Below are positions 1-8,984 of a stretch of DNA of 40,563 nucleotides, one piece after another. Under the pieces are notes generated by a model, which did not search any database, had not been told where the DNA came from, and saw only the letters and a list, made by a program, of their open reading frames with translations. The DNA comes from a virus. Numbering within the stretch: the stretch's first letter is position 1; the number at the start of each line of letters is the position of its first letter. The position numbers and the translations under genes were made by a program. The stretch covers positions 1-40,563 of the IMG/VR virus record IMGVR_UViG_3300006738_000023; one strand, given 5' to 3'.

Positions 1-63
1 CGCCGCTGCCGCGCCAGCAGCTGCGCTGCCAGCAAAGCCGGTATACGTGCCGGTGGCAGCAGC
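1..63. repeat. 63-bp exact terminal overlap with 40501..40563 (circular assembly overlap)
   Basis: Bases 1-63 are identical to 40501-40563. The overlap lies in frame inside a single minus-strand ORF, so it is an assembly closure artefact and not a biological terminal repeat. Unique molecule is 40,500 bp. Confidence 0.9.
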
Positions 64-3000
64 AGCACCAAAGCCGCTTGCATAACCAATCGGTGCGGCG
101 GCTGAGGCACCAAAGCCCAACGCACTACCAATGCCGCCAATGGCATCGCCCACGTAGGGCAGCTTTTTAGCGCCGTTGTATAGCGAGCTAATGCCGTTAA
201 GGTTGAAGCCACCACCAGCGCCCCCTTGGCCACCCACCCCCGGAATACCCAGCGCGCCGCCCATCTGCTGCGTGAACTCCACGACGATGGGCTTTAGGGT
301 GGCTTGGTAGGCCAGCTCGGCTAGCAGGCGCTTAAAGCCGTCTAGCAGCTGGTCGGTAAAATCATCGAACGAATCGAACGCGCCAGCGAAGGCGTCGGCA
401 AAGGTTTCATCAATGCGGTTGCTGGCCTCTTCCCATGCCCGCGCCATTTCCTGCGCTGCCGGGTCGGCATCGATCGCTAGCTGCTGCATTTCTTCGCGCA
501 CCGCGCCCATCATGCGGGTGTACTTGTTACCGTCAATTTCACCGGCCTGGTACAAGTCGTTAATCTGAGCAATGGCGGCGGTTAGCTGCTCCGCTTTCTG
601 CCGATGGCTGTCGTACTTGCCCACCAGGGCGGCGGTCTGCTTTTCGTACTCTTCGGCACCCGTGGCGGCGCGCTGGTACTGCTCAGCGCTCCAGCGCACC
701 GCTTCGCCATAGGCTTCTTCGCTAATGGTGCCTTCGGCCAAGGCGCGATCCAGCACCGCTAGGCGCTCGATGTATTCCGCATGGTCAGCCAGTAGTGGGT
801 CCATCTCCTGCTGAACGCCTACCAGGGCTTTGGCTTGGGCCTCTGCTGACTGCTGGGCGGCCTGGGCTTGGCGTTGCGCGGTGCGCTCGGCCTCCTCGGC
901 AGCGCGGCGTGCCTCTGCGGCGGCTTCCTGCTGGGCTTTGCGCTGGTCTTTCAGCGCTTCATCCTGCACCGACAGAAACACGCTATAGCCGCGCATGATG
1001 TTGTTCACATCATCGCCCATGCCATCTAGGGCGCGGTTGGCCGCGCCCATGGCTGAGCCGCCGTCTCGGGTCGCGGCGATGCTTTCGCGCAAGCGGTCGT
1101 TGTACTTGGCCCACGCGTCCAAGGTGGTGGCTGAGGGTGCGCCACCGTTGACGGCTTGGCCGCTATTCTCGGCACCTTGAGCCACATCGTTAAACGCTGT
1201 TTCAAGCGTTTGCAGCAGCCCGCCCAGCTCTTCTACCGTTACGCTGCCTTCGCTGTACTCTGCCGCCCACAAGCGAATTTGACGCATAGCACTATCAGGA
1301 ATGCTCAGCTGGTCCTGCAAGCCGTTCAGCATTTCATCTAGGCTTTGCGCGCCGCTCTCTACCGCCTCAAATCCGGCGTTCACTTCATCAAAAAACGCCC
1401 GCGCTTCGGCACCGCTGGCATCCTCAAAGCCGATGCTTAACACCTCTTCGCGGATTTTAGACAGCGCGCTCCGGGCTTTTTCGACTTCCTCTTGGTAGCG
1501 GTCGCCCCACTTGATCATTGCCGCTCGTTGGCTTTCAACGCTCAGCTCTTTGAAGTCCGCAATCACGCTTTCAAGCGGCGCGTTCATATCGGTTAGCGAG
1601 CTGCTAACGTCGTCGCTGCTATCGCGGAACAGGAAAAACGCCGAAGCGGCCAAAGTAGCCACGCCAAGGGGACCGCCCACTAACGCCATCGCGCCAGCAG
1701 CACCACGGCTTACCGCCGTTAGCGTTCGCTGGGCAGCCGTGTTCGCGGCCACCGCTGCCGTGTTGGCTGTCGCGGCGGCAGTGGTGGCGGTGGTGGCCCG
1801 CGCCAGATCCACCTTAGCAGCGGATAGCGTGCGGGCACTGGCGGCGCTTTGCACTTCGGCAGCGTTCAAGGCGCGCTGGGCAGCGGCAGACTGGGTAGTT
1901 AACGCCATTTCAGTACGGCGAATTTCCGCTAACCGCGTGAGCGATTGCTGCCGCCCGGTCGCGCTAATCTGTGCTTGCAGGCGCTGGGTTTCCAGCACGC
2001 GCTCTGCGGCCATTTGCTGCTGTGTGAGCTGGATAGAGCGCAGCTGAGAAGCAGCCTCAACCTGCGCGGCCTGCGCACGCTGTGCCGCATTCGCGGCGCT
2101 ATTCAATGCCGCGACGCGCTCCGCTTCTGCACGGCGGGCCGTGGCCAACGCCGCCCCGGTTTCACGCTCAGCGGTAATACCTGCTTGAATGGCTACGGCT
2201 CTATCAGCTTGGGCCTTTTTAACGGCGGCTACTGACGCCGCGCCAAGCGCGCCTACCATGCGTCCTGCAAGCGTACCGCTTAACAGAAGCGTAAAATCAG
2301 TAACGTTGTCTACTACCTCGCCCATACCGCCTAGTGTTTGGGTGAGGTCTTTTGCAACATCTGCAACAAAAATAATGCCGGGCGCCCACTCAGAAGCCAC
2401 CGCATTAGCAAAAGCAGTGCCCAGCGCCGTCAGCTCATTAAGCGCTTGCGATGCTCGCTCTATGCTGTCAACGTCGCTTTGAGGCAGGGCAACGCCCAGC
2501 TGATCGGCAAGGGAGATTTGATCCCGTAGCGCGGCGGCGTTGTTTTCTAACAGCGGCAGCAGGCGGCTAGCGTCGTTGGCCAACGACTCCATGAAAAAGA
2601 TTTTTTCGCCCTGGGTGGCCACCCCGTCGAGCGCTTCGCCAATGGCGATCAACTGCTGATCGGGGCGCATCGCCATCAGCGTATTGATATCGAGGTTCAG
2701 ACGCTCGAAAAGGTCGGCAGCCTCACCACCGCCGGTCGATACAAAATCACCAATCTTCTCGCTGGTGTCTTTGAAAATATCGCCCATCTTGCCAGCGCCA
2801 AGATTGACACTTTGAGCGGCAAACTCCCATTGCTGCAACGTTTGAACGCTAACACCCACCGAACGCGCCAGCGCGGCCTGTTCAGCCACAACACGGGTCT
2901 GAGCTACTGCCATCGTACCCATAGCAACGGTAACGGCAGCGCTAACGGTAGCCAGCCTACGCGCATACACGCTAACACTTTCAAAGCTGGATGCTGTTTC

Positions 3001-3132
3001 CTCGCTTTGACGCTGGGCGCGCTGCATTTCACGGGCCATATCCGCGTTGGCTTCTTGCAGCTCACGGGTGGCCTTTACGCCGCTAGAACTGTCGCCCTTA
3101 ATGACAAACTCAGTGGTATATTGCTTTGACGA
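1..3132 (-). CDS. Tail tape-measure protein, N-terminal 1044 codons (continues across the circular junction into 37594..40500)
   Basis: Absent from the supplied ORF track because it runs off the left edge. ATG at 3132..3130 with GAGGT 9 nt upstream. Manual translation gave no stop down to base 1 (MSSKQYTTEFVIKGDSS...FKDTSEKIGDFVSTGGGEAADLFERLNL..., Ala/Gln-rich coiled coil, then a Gly-rich hydrophobic segment). Lowest codon coordinates are 1 mod 3 on both sides of the junction, so the frame is continuous. Confidence 0.85.
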
Positions 3133-3161
3133 CATAGCGGTTTACCTCAAATTTCAGGCAT

Positions 3162-3185
3162 AAAAAAACCCGCCGAGGCGGGTTT
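3162..3185 (-). terminator. Rho-independent terminator after the lipoprotein moron, just upstream of the tape-measure start
   Basis: Minus strand reads AAACCCGCC-TC-GGCGGGTTTTTTTAT: a GC stem followed by a T7 run. Confidence 0.7.
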
Positions 3186-3218
3186 ATTGAGTCCTTAGAA
3201 AGGATTTACCAAATACGA

Positions 3219-3581
3219 CTATCTATCATACGGTGCGCAGAAGGCGTCCCATGCCTCTTGAAAGCCCGGTGTTTCGCCTTCCAAGCCTACAACGTCACCG
3301 CCTCCGCTAACGTACCTCTTAAAACCTGTATAGCCACCAAAGGTGTTTTTGGAGTTTACCTCTCCGCAACCAATGGCATTCCCGTTAGACTGGCCGGGAA
3401 AAAACCCTCTAAATTCTGCTGAGTCAGGGTCTTTCAAAACTCCTCTAACAGACTGCTCTACCAATGATTTAACCTCAAAATAACGATTACCTGCAGAAGG
3501 CTTAGCATCATCGTCATCGGTGATACACCCCTTAATCGTCATTATGAAAACCACCAGTAGGATTAACCCTAATACCTGCAT
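3219..3581 (-). CDS. Moron: secreted lipoprotein (superinfection-exclusion candidate)
   Basis: Signal peptide plus lipobox (MQVLGLILLVVFIMTIKGC). Strong SD (AAGGAGG) 6 nt upstream. G+C visibly lower than flanks. Contains LKDPDSAEF and GEVNSKNTFGGYTGF motifs typical of small bacterial lipoproteins. Inserted between the GT chaperone and the tape measure. Confidence 0.7.
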   Translation of the reverse strand: MQVLGLILLVVFIMTIKGCITDDDDAKPSAGNRYFEVKSLVEQSVRGVLKDPDSAEFRGFFPGQSNGNAIGCGEVNSKNTFGGYTGFKRYVSGGGDVVGLEGETPGFQEAWDAFCAPYDR

Positions 3582-3646
3582 ACTAAGCCTCCTTATGTTT
3601 TTTCAGTAAAGAAACTTAGCTTAATTATCCGGCATTTCCTAGCACT

Positions 3647-3703
3647 ACCGCCGCATCACCTCAAGCGCCACGCATCGATATGCTGGATTTTGCTCAGCGT
3701 GCC
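3647..3703 (-). repeat. Frameshifted remnant copy of the 3' end of the tail chaperone T segment (direct repeat of 4175..4232)
   Basis: About 90 percent identical to 4175..4232 with a 1-nt deletion. Minus strand translates GTLSKIQHIDAW..., versus GTLRKIQHIEAGALEVMRR* in the intact copy. Confidence 0.8.
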
Positions 3704-3726
3704 TTTTCAATTATGGAAATTAGCAA

Positions 3727-4095
3727 TTAATTTTTACCGATACTCTCGGTTCTGCTTACTTGCTCTTCTATACGCCTTTGCTTTTCTGACTCTTTTTCCT
3801 CTCGCCTTCTCTTTTGATCAGCATTCGCCTTTTCTATCTGGCGGTGTATATCATTGTCGCTATAGCTCGCACGCCTACTGTGGCTTGAATTAAAAACGGA
3901 CAACCAAACACCAAATGCAGCAATGGCGATTGCTGCTGCAAATCCTCCCATGACCGTTGGCCAGCCATAGATGCCCGCCGCCACAAACAACAGAATACAG
4001 GCAAAAAAACCTGAAATGACTTTCATCACTCCAGGCAGTAGCCCGGTGGCATACAGCAGCACCACCAAGATTAGAAACAGCAGCAACACCACCAT
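3727..4095 (-). CDS. Moron: small membrane protein (about 3 TM segments plus a charged C-terminal coil)
   Basis: 122-aa ORF. Hydrophobic N-terminal 70 aa, then a Lys/Arg/Glu-rich tail (QKRRREEKESEKQRRIEEQ). Low G+C. Bounded by the 57/58-bp direct repeats. Confidence 0.65.
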   Translation of the reverse strand: MVVLLLFLILVVLLYATGLLPGVMKVISGFFACILLFVAAGIYGWPTVMGGFAAAIAIAAFGVWLSVFNSSHSRRASYSDNDIHRQIEKANADQKRRREEKESEKQRRIEEQVSRTESIGKN

Positions 4096-4172
4096 GACAG
4101 CCCCCTAGCGTTATTTATTGGCAGGTATCCAATATCAAATTAACGCAGTTAATGGGGCTTGGGTAGAGGCCA

Positions 4173-4852
4173 TCACCGCCGCATCACCTCAAGCGCCCCC
4201 GCCTCGATATGCTGGATTTTGCGCAGCGTGCCACGCATATCGTCCACACCCAGCATGCGCAGGGTGCTTTCTAGCTGGGTGCGTTCGATGCCCATGGGCA
4301 CGGGCTTGCCCATGGGTGGGGTCAGGTAGCGCCACTGGCTGGCACAATCGCGGAATACATCAAACGCGGTGGCGTTACCCGGCCATATCACGATGCGTTC
4401 AGGCGTTTTATAACGCTCGGGGATGGTGATGCCCCAAGCGTCTACGTCGCTTTTCAGCTCGTTTTTCGTACCACCTTGAGCGCCCGCCCAAGCGCGCCCA
4501 AGGTCGTTTAGTTTTTTGCGGTTAACTCCGGCATGCCCTGCTGCACTTGGTTCCAGGCGCGCACGCAGCCCATCAGTACATAGGGGTCTTTCAGCAGCTT
4601 CTCTTTCAGCTCGTCGGTAACGTCCATCGGCTTGCCGTTTTTGTCGGCAAAGCCGCTAAGGCTTACTACGTCCTCTTTCACGTGGTCGAAGCCTTTAGCT
4701 TCGCCGCTCTGCTGCTTTTGATGCAGGGCGTCTTGCTCGTCTAAATCGCGAACGCGAATTTCTGCGGTGAACTCTTCCTCTTCGCGGCCTGGGCGCTTAA
4801 TGGCAACGGTTTTAAATACAGTGGCAAGGCCAATCACAAATGCTGCAGCCAT
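4173..4852 (-). CDS. Tail assembly chaperone frameshift product (gpGT-like), -1 shift at 4511..4517
   Basis: After a -1 slip on A-AAA-AAC, the reading frame is open for 112 more codons (KLNDLGRAWAGAQGGTKNELKSDVDAWGITIPERYKTPERIVIWPGNATAF...EVMRR*). It runs into the 4173..4391 ORF listed in the track. Confidence 0.75.
4175..4232 (-). repeat. Intact copy of the repeated T 3' end (partner of 3647..3703)
   Basis: Encodes the last 19 codons of the T frame. See 3647..3703. Confidence 0.8.
4508..4852 (-). CDS. Tail assembly chaperone (lambda gpG-like)
   Basis: 114-aa acidic ORF located between the tail tube and tape-measure genes. Ends ...ACC GCA AAA AAC TAA, which contains a slippery heptamer. 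Confidence 0.75.
   Translation of the reverse strand: MAAAFVIGLATVFKTVAIKRPGREEEEFTAEIRVRDLDEQDALHQKQQSGEAKGFDHVKEDVVSLSGFADKNGKPMDVTDELKEKLLKDPYVLMGCVRAWNQVQQGMPELTAKN
4511..4517 (-). promoter_or_regulatory. Programmed -1 ribosomal frameshift slippery heptamer A-AAA-AAC
   Basis: Plus strand gtttttt equals minus strand A AAA AAC in the X-XXY-YYZ phase of the G frame, 1 codon before the G stop. Confidence 0.75.
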
Positions 4853-4971
4853 GGGGTAATTCTCCTGGGGTTCAGTTTTGAAACGCTAGAAACGACGACG
4901 CCCGCATTTAGCGGGCGTGGCGTCGTTATTTTTTAACGTGAACTTGTCACGCTAACTTGTCATGCAATGGG

Positions 4972-5934
4972 TTACTTGAAGTACAGCACCAGCTCGTCAT
5001 CACCGTCTAACGGCAAGAATCGGGCATCGCACTGGTAGTGGGTAATGCCGTCGCTGTCCTGCTCGCTCATACCGGCTAGCTGCACCTTAGGGGCGCGCAG
5101 GCCAACGATGTTGCCGGGCACCGTGCCATGCTCAAACGATACTGCCCCAGTGGTCACCACTTCGTGGGACTCTACCTTCTGGTAAACATCAAACTCGGCA
5201 ATACGCGGTGCCTGAAACGCTACCTGCCCAGTGGGCTGGCTGTCGGTAATATGCACGCCCTCGTAGTTGGGCAAGTTGCGGTAGGTGACGGTGTTAGCCA
5301 GGTCAAAATTAAGATTTTGACCAATCGCCTCATAGCCAAGCACGGTAAAGGTGCTGGTGTTTTGGAAATTCACCGGCACTTCATCGGCTTGGTTTTCGGT
5401 CGTCAGCGTGATGGGCGCAACGGCGGTGGGCCGCTCATATAGCCCGGTCATGGTGAACGATAGCGTGGGCAACCCTGCCGACTGCCCTGCACCGGTGACC
5501 GTCCCGCGCACGCCTTTGATGAGCTGCTGCTGGCCATCGTGCAGGTAGTAAATAGTGACGGAATCGCCTTCTTCACTGGTGCGGGTGTAGGTCACCTCGC
5601 CTGCGTCCAGGTCTTCCACTTCCTGCATTTGGCAGGCGCGCAATAGCAGGCCAAGCGCCGGGGCGGTGGCAGACGTACCAATCACCGGGGCGGTACCGCT
5701 GCCGCTCCACGGCACGGTGAGCTGTAGCTGCGTGTTGGGGCCGGTGTTGATTTGTGCAAACCCGCCCAGCTCTGGGCGCATCCGGGTACGCTCTACCGTG
5801 TTGCCTTGGTAGGGCGTAGGGGTTAGCTCGGTTACCAGCATCAACACGCCCTCTGAGATTGGGGGCGCGACGCCGTAGGTGGTTTCTAGGCACACCACGG
5901 CGGCTTTCTTACGCGTCAGTAGCGGCGTTGACAT
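4972..5934 (-). CDS. Major tail (tube) protein, gpV position
   Basis: 320-aa ORF between the tail-completion genes and the chaperone. ATG at 5934 (MSTPLLTRKK) has AAAGG upstream; the track start at 5943 is a GTG. Assignment is mainly by synteny. Confidence 0.6.
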   Translation of the reverse strand: MSTPLLTRKKAAVVCLETTYGVAPPISEGVLMLVTELTPTPYQGNTVERTRMRPELGGFAQINTGPNTQLQLTVPWSGSGTAPVIGTSATAPALGLLLRACQMQEVEDLDAGEVTYTRTSEEGDSVTIYYLHDGQQQLIKGVRGTVTGAGQSAGLPTLSFTMTGLYERPTAVAPITLTTENQADEVPVNFQNTSTFTVLGYEAIGQNLNFDLANTVTYRNLPNYEGVHITDSQPTGQVAFQAPRIAEFDVYQKVESHEVVTTGAVSFEHGTVPGNIVGLRAPKVQLAGMSEQDSDGITHYQCDARFLPLDGDDELVLYFK

Positions 5935-6139
5935 CGCTATCACCTTTCACGGGGGCTTTGGTTTTCGCGCTGCCAGGGGCGACGGCAGGCGCGGCGGTGG
6001 GGGCTACGGCAGTGCGCTGAGCGTCTACCGTGCTGGGATGGGCATCGTGTGCGCCGTAGCGCTGCTGTTTGGCTGGCTCGCTCACGCGCTCCAGCTTGCC
6101 GTTTTGGCGGCGAAACTTGCCGCCCTGCTTTGTGGCCAT
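5909..6139 (-). CDS. Small basic Ala/Pro-rich protein, unknown function
   Basis: GGAGGA lies 5 nt before the ATG at 6139 (MATKQGGKFRRQNGK...). High GC3. Overlaps the tail tube start by 26 nt. Confidence 0.5.
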   Translation of the reverse strand: MATKQGGKFRRQNGKLERVSEPAKQQRYGAHDAHPSTVDAQRTAVAPTAAPAVAPGSAKTKAPVKGDSDVNAATDA

Positions 6140-6155
6140 ATTTCCTCCGGGCATT

Positions 6156-6178
6156 AAAAAACCCGCACGGTGGCGGGG
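6156..6178 (-). terminator. Rho-independent terminator inside the tail operon
   Basis: Minus strand reads CCCGC-CACCGT-GCGGG followed by TTTTTT, directly after the stop at 6191. Confidence 0.6.
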
Positions 6179-6190
6179 CTTGGTGTGGGG

Positions 6191-6619
6191 TTAGATGGTG
6201 ACGGTGCGCTGCCGCCCTGCGGTGAGGGCGTTAGGCGTGGTGAGCTTCCAGTATTCCCGCCACCAGACGTAGCGCCCGCGTATCTCTACCATTTGCCCCG
6301 TGTGAAACGACATCACCCCGCTGCTGCCGGGGGGCTGCCAGCCAAACAGGGCGTTGCGCACCTCTTGGCGTTGGGCGCGGAACGTGTCGCCCACTTCGCA
6401 AATGATGAACACGCCGTAAACCTGCGTTGCGGCTTGGCGCTGGCTTAGCTCGTTGACGCCTTCGCCCGCATCCTCCGCTAGGTAGGGGTAGGCGGCGGGG
6501 GTTTCTGCGCTGTAGTCGTCGATTGGCTCGCTAAACCACGCTTCGTCTACCGTGGCAAAACCAGGGCACAGCGCCCTAATGCGCTCTTCCAGCGCTAGGG
6601 TTATGTCGTAGTCCTGCAT
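6191..6619 (-). CDS. Tail terminator / tail completion protein (gpU position)
   Basis: 142-aa ORF immediately after the gpZ-like gene. Synteny-based call. Confidence 0.5.
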   Translation of the reverse strand: MQDYDITLALEERIRALCPGFATVDEAWFSEPIDDYSAETPAAYPYLAEDAGEGVNELSQRQAATQVYGVFIICEVGDTFRAQRQEVRNALFGWQPPGSSGVMSFHTGQMVEIRGRYVWWREYWKLTTPNALTAGRQRTVTI

Positions 6620-6626
6620 GGGTGCC

Positions 6627-7208
6627 TCACTTTTTCTGTCCTAGCAGGTAATCCATACGCCCGCTGAACTGCCGGGGCAGATCCTCACGCACCATTTCTT
6701 GCGCGCTATTGATCACGCTTTCATTGGCCACCATGCCGGGGATTGAGGGGCCGAACTGTATGCGCGGGTCACTGGCGTTATCCGCTTTATCGGCCCGGCG
6801 CAAAATGCGGCCCTTGGCGTACCAGCCGCCCTTGACCAGCTGCCGCCCGGTGTCTTTACGCACTAGCACGCTGGCACCACGCCGCCGGGTTTTGAACTGC
6901 TTACCCCGGCGGCTGGTGGCCACCACCACGCGAGCGCGGGTGGTTTTGGGCTTGAACTGATCCAACGGCAAGCGCCGCCCCACGTACAGCAGCGAGCGCG
7001 ACGCATCCCGCCGCGCTCGGTCGATCTTGAGGCGCTTTTTAATCTCCCCCGCCGTAATGTAGTAGTCGTCGCGCACTTCGCGTGAAATGAACGTGGCAGC
7101 TTTAGCCTGGGTGCGGTCTAACGCTTGGCTAAACGCCTTTTCCACTAGCTTGGGGTCATAGCGATTCTTGAGCGCCTGTAGCTGGTTAATGTCGTATTCG
7201 TAGCGCAT
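6627..7208 (-). CDS. Minor tail protein Z-like (tail completion)
   Basis: 193 aa, the same size as lambda gpZ. Shares the basic core pattern (RARVVVATSRRGKQFKTRRRGASVLV...KGGWYAKGRILRR...EDLPRQF versus lambda RVVLSRRRRRKKGQRSSLKGGGSVLV...NGRWHVMQR...ERLPKEL). Confidence 0.65.
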   Translation of the reverse strand: MRYEYDINQLQALKNRYDPKLVEKAFSQALDRTQAKAATFISREVRDDYYITAGEIKKRLKIDRARRDASRSLLYVGRRLPLDQFKPKTTRARVVVATSRRGKQFKTRRRGASVLVRKDTGRQLVKGGWYAKGRILRRADKADNASDPRIQFGPSIPGMVANESVINSAQEMVREDLPRQFSGRMDYLLGQKK

Positions 7209-7513
7209 TACACCACCTCGATACGCACAAACGCGCCGTCGTCCTCCACCGGCCCGTTATATCGCCAGCGTTTGCCCGCTACGGTGAACTCAGCGCGCCG
7301 GTCTACATCGCCCACCATGGCCACCGGCAGCAGCAGGGTTTTCACCCTACGGCCTATGCCGTTCTCGTCGATTACTTCAAACTCGTTATCGAACTGATAG
7401 GGAACGTCGGGCACGACCGGCCCGGTGCCGGGGTGGTAGGTGCAAAGGCCATCGCTGAGGTGCTTCACAACCGCCTCATTGAGACGGTTGGCGTACTGGT
7501 CAAAGAAGGCCAT
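7208..7513 (-). CDS. Head-tail joining protein (gpFII position)
   Basis: 101-aa ORF between the capsid and Z-like genes. ATGA-type coupling to the next gene. Synteny-based call. Confidence 0.5.
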   Translation of the reverse strand: MAFFDQYANRLNEAVVKHLSDGLCTYHPGTGPVVPDVPYQFDNEFEVIDENGIGRRVKTLLLPVAMVGDVDRRAEFTVAGKRWRYNGPVEDDGAFVRIEVV

Positions 7514-7523
7514 GGGGCACCCG

Positions 7524-8528
7524 TTAGACGGTCGCGCCAGACACCAGCTTGATACTGGCTTTCGGGCGGGTGTTGAGGTGCGCCGGGTTAGACTGCGCCT
7601 CCAGCTCTACCCCCTTATCATGGTCAAGCAGCTTGGAAGAACTGTAGAACGGTAGCCCCAGCGTGTTGACCGTTGCACCATAGTCACCCGGTGCGAAGCG
7701 GCTCAAGAACAGCTCTTCGCTACCCATCGGGAACGCGTAGGCTTCTTCATCGGCAACAAACTTAGTGGTGCCTACCGTACCCCGGTAGCGCTCCCACATC
7801 AGCCCGCCAAACGGGAAGGCTTCGCGGCCATCCGCCCGCAAACGTGAGCCGTTTTCCCAGCGTTCATAGGCAGTTTTAACCGCCTTGTGGGTGATAAATT
7901 TGCGCCAGAAATTCTTACCACACAGCACCGTCGCGCCATCAAAGAACAGGTCGCCCAGCCCCAGCTCCATAGCCTCTAAAATATCCAAGCACTTACCCTG
8001 CAGCTCGGTAGCGGCGGTACCCAAATCCATCGGCACCACGGTTTGGGTCATCCCGAAGGCTTGGAACAGGTCATAAAGCACTGTGCCGTTGGCATCGATC
8101 ACTTGCCCTTTCACAGCGCCTACCCGGTGGAACTCATGGGTAACGTCAATACGGCGGGCCATCATGGCCAAGCGGTTATTGATCACTACCTGCAGTTGCT
8201 CGGCACTATCCTGAGAACCAAAGGCGCGGACGTTCTGCACCTCATCGGCCAGGATGGTGGCCGTCGTTGGCAGGTGCGCCGTCATAAACGGCACCCCTGT
8301 ACGCTTGGTGCCCGCCACGACTTGGCCCACGCCACCGCGCGGCTTATTTTCTACCAGCGCCAGCTTGTCGCCATCCTTCTCAATAACGACTTGCGTAGTG
8401 GTAATGCCCTGGGCGTCAAATACGCCCATCTCGCCAAGGCGGCGGGGGGCGTATTCCACTTCGTTAATGGATGCGGTTAGGGATTTAAGGCTAAACGCAT
8501 CGCTTTCAAAAATGCTATTTCCAGACAT
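7524..8528 (-). CDS. Major capsid protein, lambda gpE family
   Basis: 334 aa counted from the ATG at 8528 (GAGAGAGG upstream). Size and position match lambda gpE (341 aa), directly after a gpD-like gene. Confidence 0.8.
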   Translation of the reverse strand: MSGNSIFESDAFSLKSLTASINEVEYAPRRLGEMGVFDAQGITTTQVVIEKDGDKLALVENKPRGGVGQVVAGTKRTGVPFMTAHLPTTATILADEVQNVRAFGSQDSAEQLQVVINNRLAMMARRIDVTHEFHRVGAVKGQVIDANGTVLYDLFQAFGMTQTVVPMDLGTAATELQGKCLDILEAMELGLGDLFFDGATVLCGKNFWRKFITHKAVKTAYERWENGSRLRADGREAFPFGGLMWERYRGTVGTTKFVADEEAYAFPMGSEELFLSRFAPGDYGATVNTLGLPFYSSSKLLDHDKGVELEAQSNPAHLNTRPKASIKLVSGATV

Positions 8529-8581
8529 GGGGTGCCTCTCTCTCAATAAGGGGTATACGGGTGGCTCAGCAGGGCGGGGTG

Positions 8582-8947
8582 TTAATCGCGGACGATCACG
8601 CCACGGCTTACCAGATCGTTAGTGCCAGCGGTAATGGCGGCCTCGTCGGCACCCTCTGGCCAGCCCAGCAGCGCGCCGTGAACCTCGCAGGCGCGCACAT
8701 GCACGGTAATCGGCTGCGGGGCTTCGCTGGCATCGGCTGCCCCGTAAAGCACGGCTTTAGCTACCTCTGTACCATCGACGGCGGCAGGCGCTAGCGGCAC
8801 GTAGTTGCCTGCGCCGTTGAGCGCCAGCACAGCACCCGCTGGCAGGTTGCCACTGGCCAGGGTGCCCACTTCACGGGAACGGGCACCATTGGCTTCTGAT
8901 AAAACGTGTTCACCCGTACGGGTGCCTTCGGTGTAGGTCGTTGGCAT
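8582..8947 (-). CDS. Head decoration protein, lambda gpD-like
   Basis: 121-aa ORF between the protease/scaffold and capsid genes. Gly/Ala-rich with a gpD-like C-terminal pattern. Confidence 0.7.
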   Translation of the reverse strand: MPTTYTEGTRTGEHVLSEANGARSREVGTLASGNLPAGAVLALNGAGNYVPLAPAAVDGTEVAKAVLYGAADASEAPQPITVHVRACEVHGALLGWPEGADEAAITAGTNDLVSRGVIVRD

Positions 8948-8984
8948 GGGAATGCTCCAAGGTTGGGGTTACACCATCACAGGC

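Noticed and set aside
1-63. 63-bp terminal repeat as a genuine direct terminal repeat of the virion DNA
   Set aside because: The repeat lies in frame in the middle of the tape-measure gene, and the phage has a cos-type (Nu1/GpA) terminase. This is the signature of an assembler closing a circle.
795-2529. Series of plus-strand ORFs (61-178 aa) listed in the track
   Set aside because: They are Ala/Arg/Ser-rich shadow frames antisense to the continuous minus-strand tape-measure ORF (1..3132), which has the coding-like sequence and a proper SD and ATG.
4893-4934. Hairpin plus T-run between the tail tube and chaperone genes as a terminator
   Set aside because: The T-run follows the stem only on the plus strand, opposite to all neighbouring genes, and the stem is imperfect. 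It may block antisense transcription or stabilise mRNA, but I cannot call it a terminator of the tail operon.
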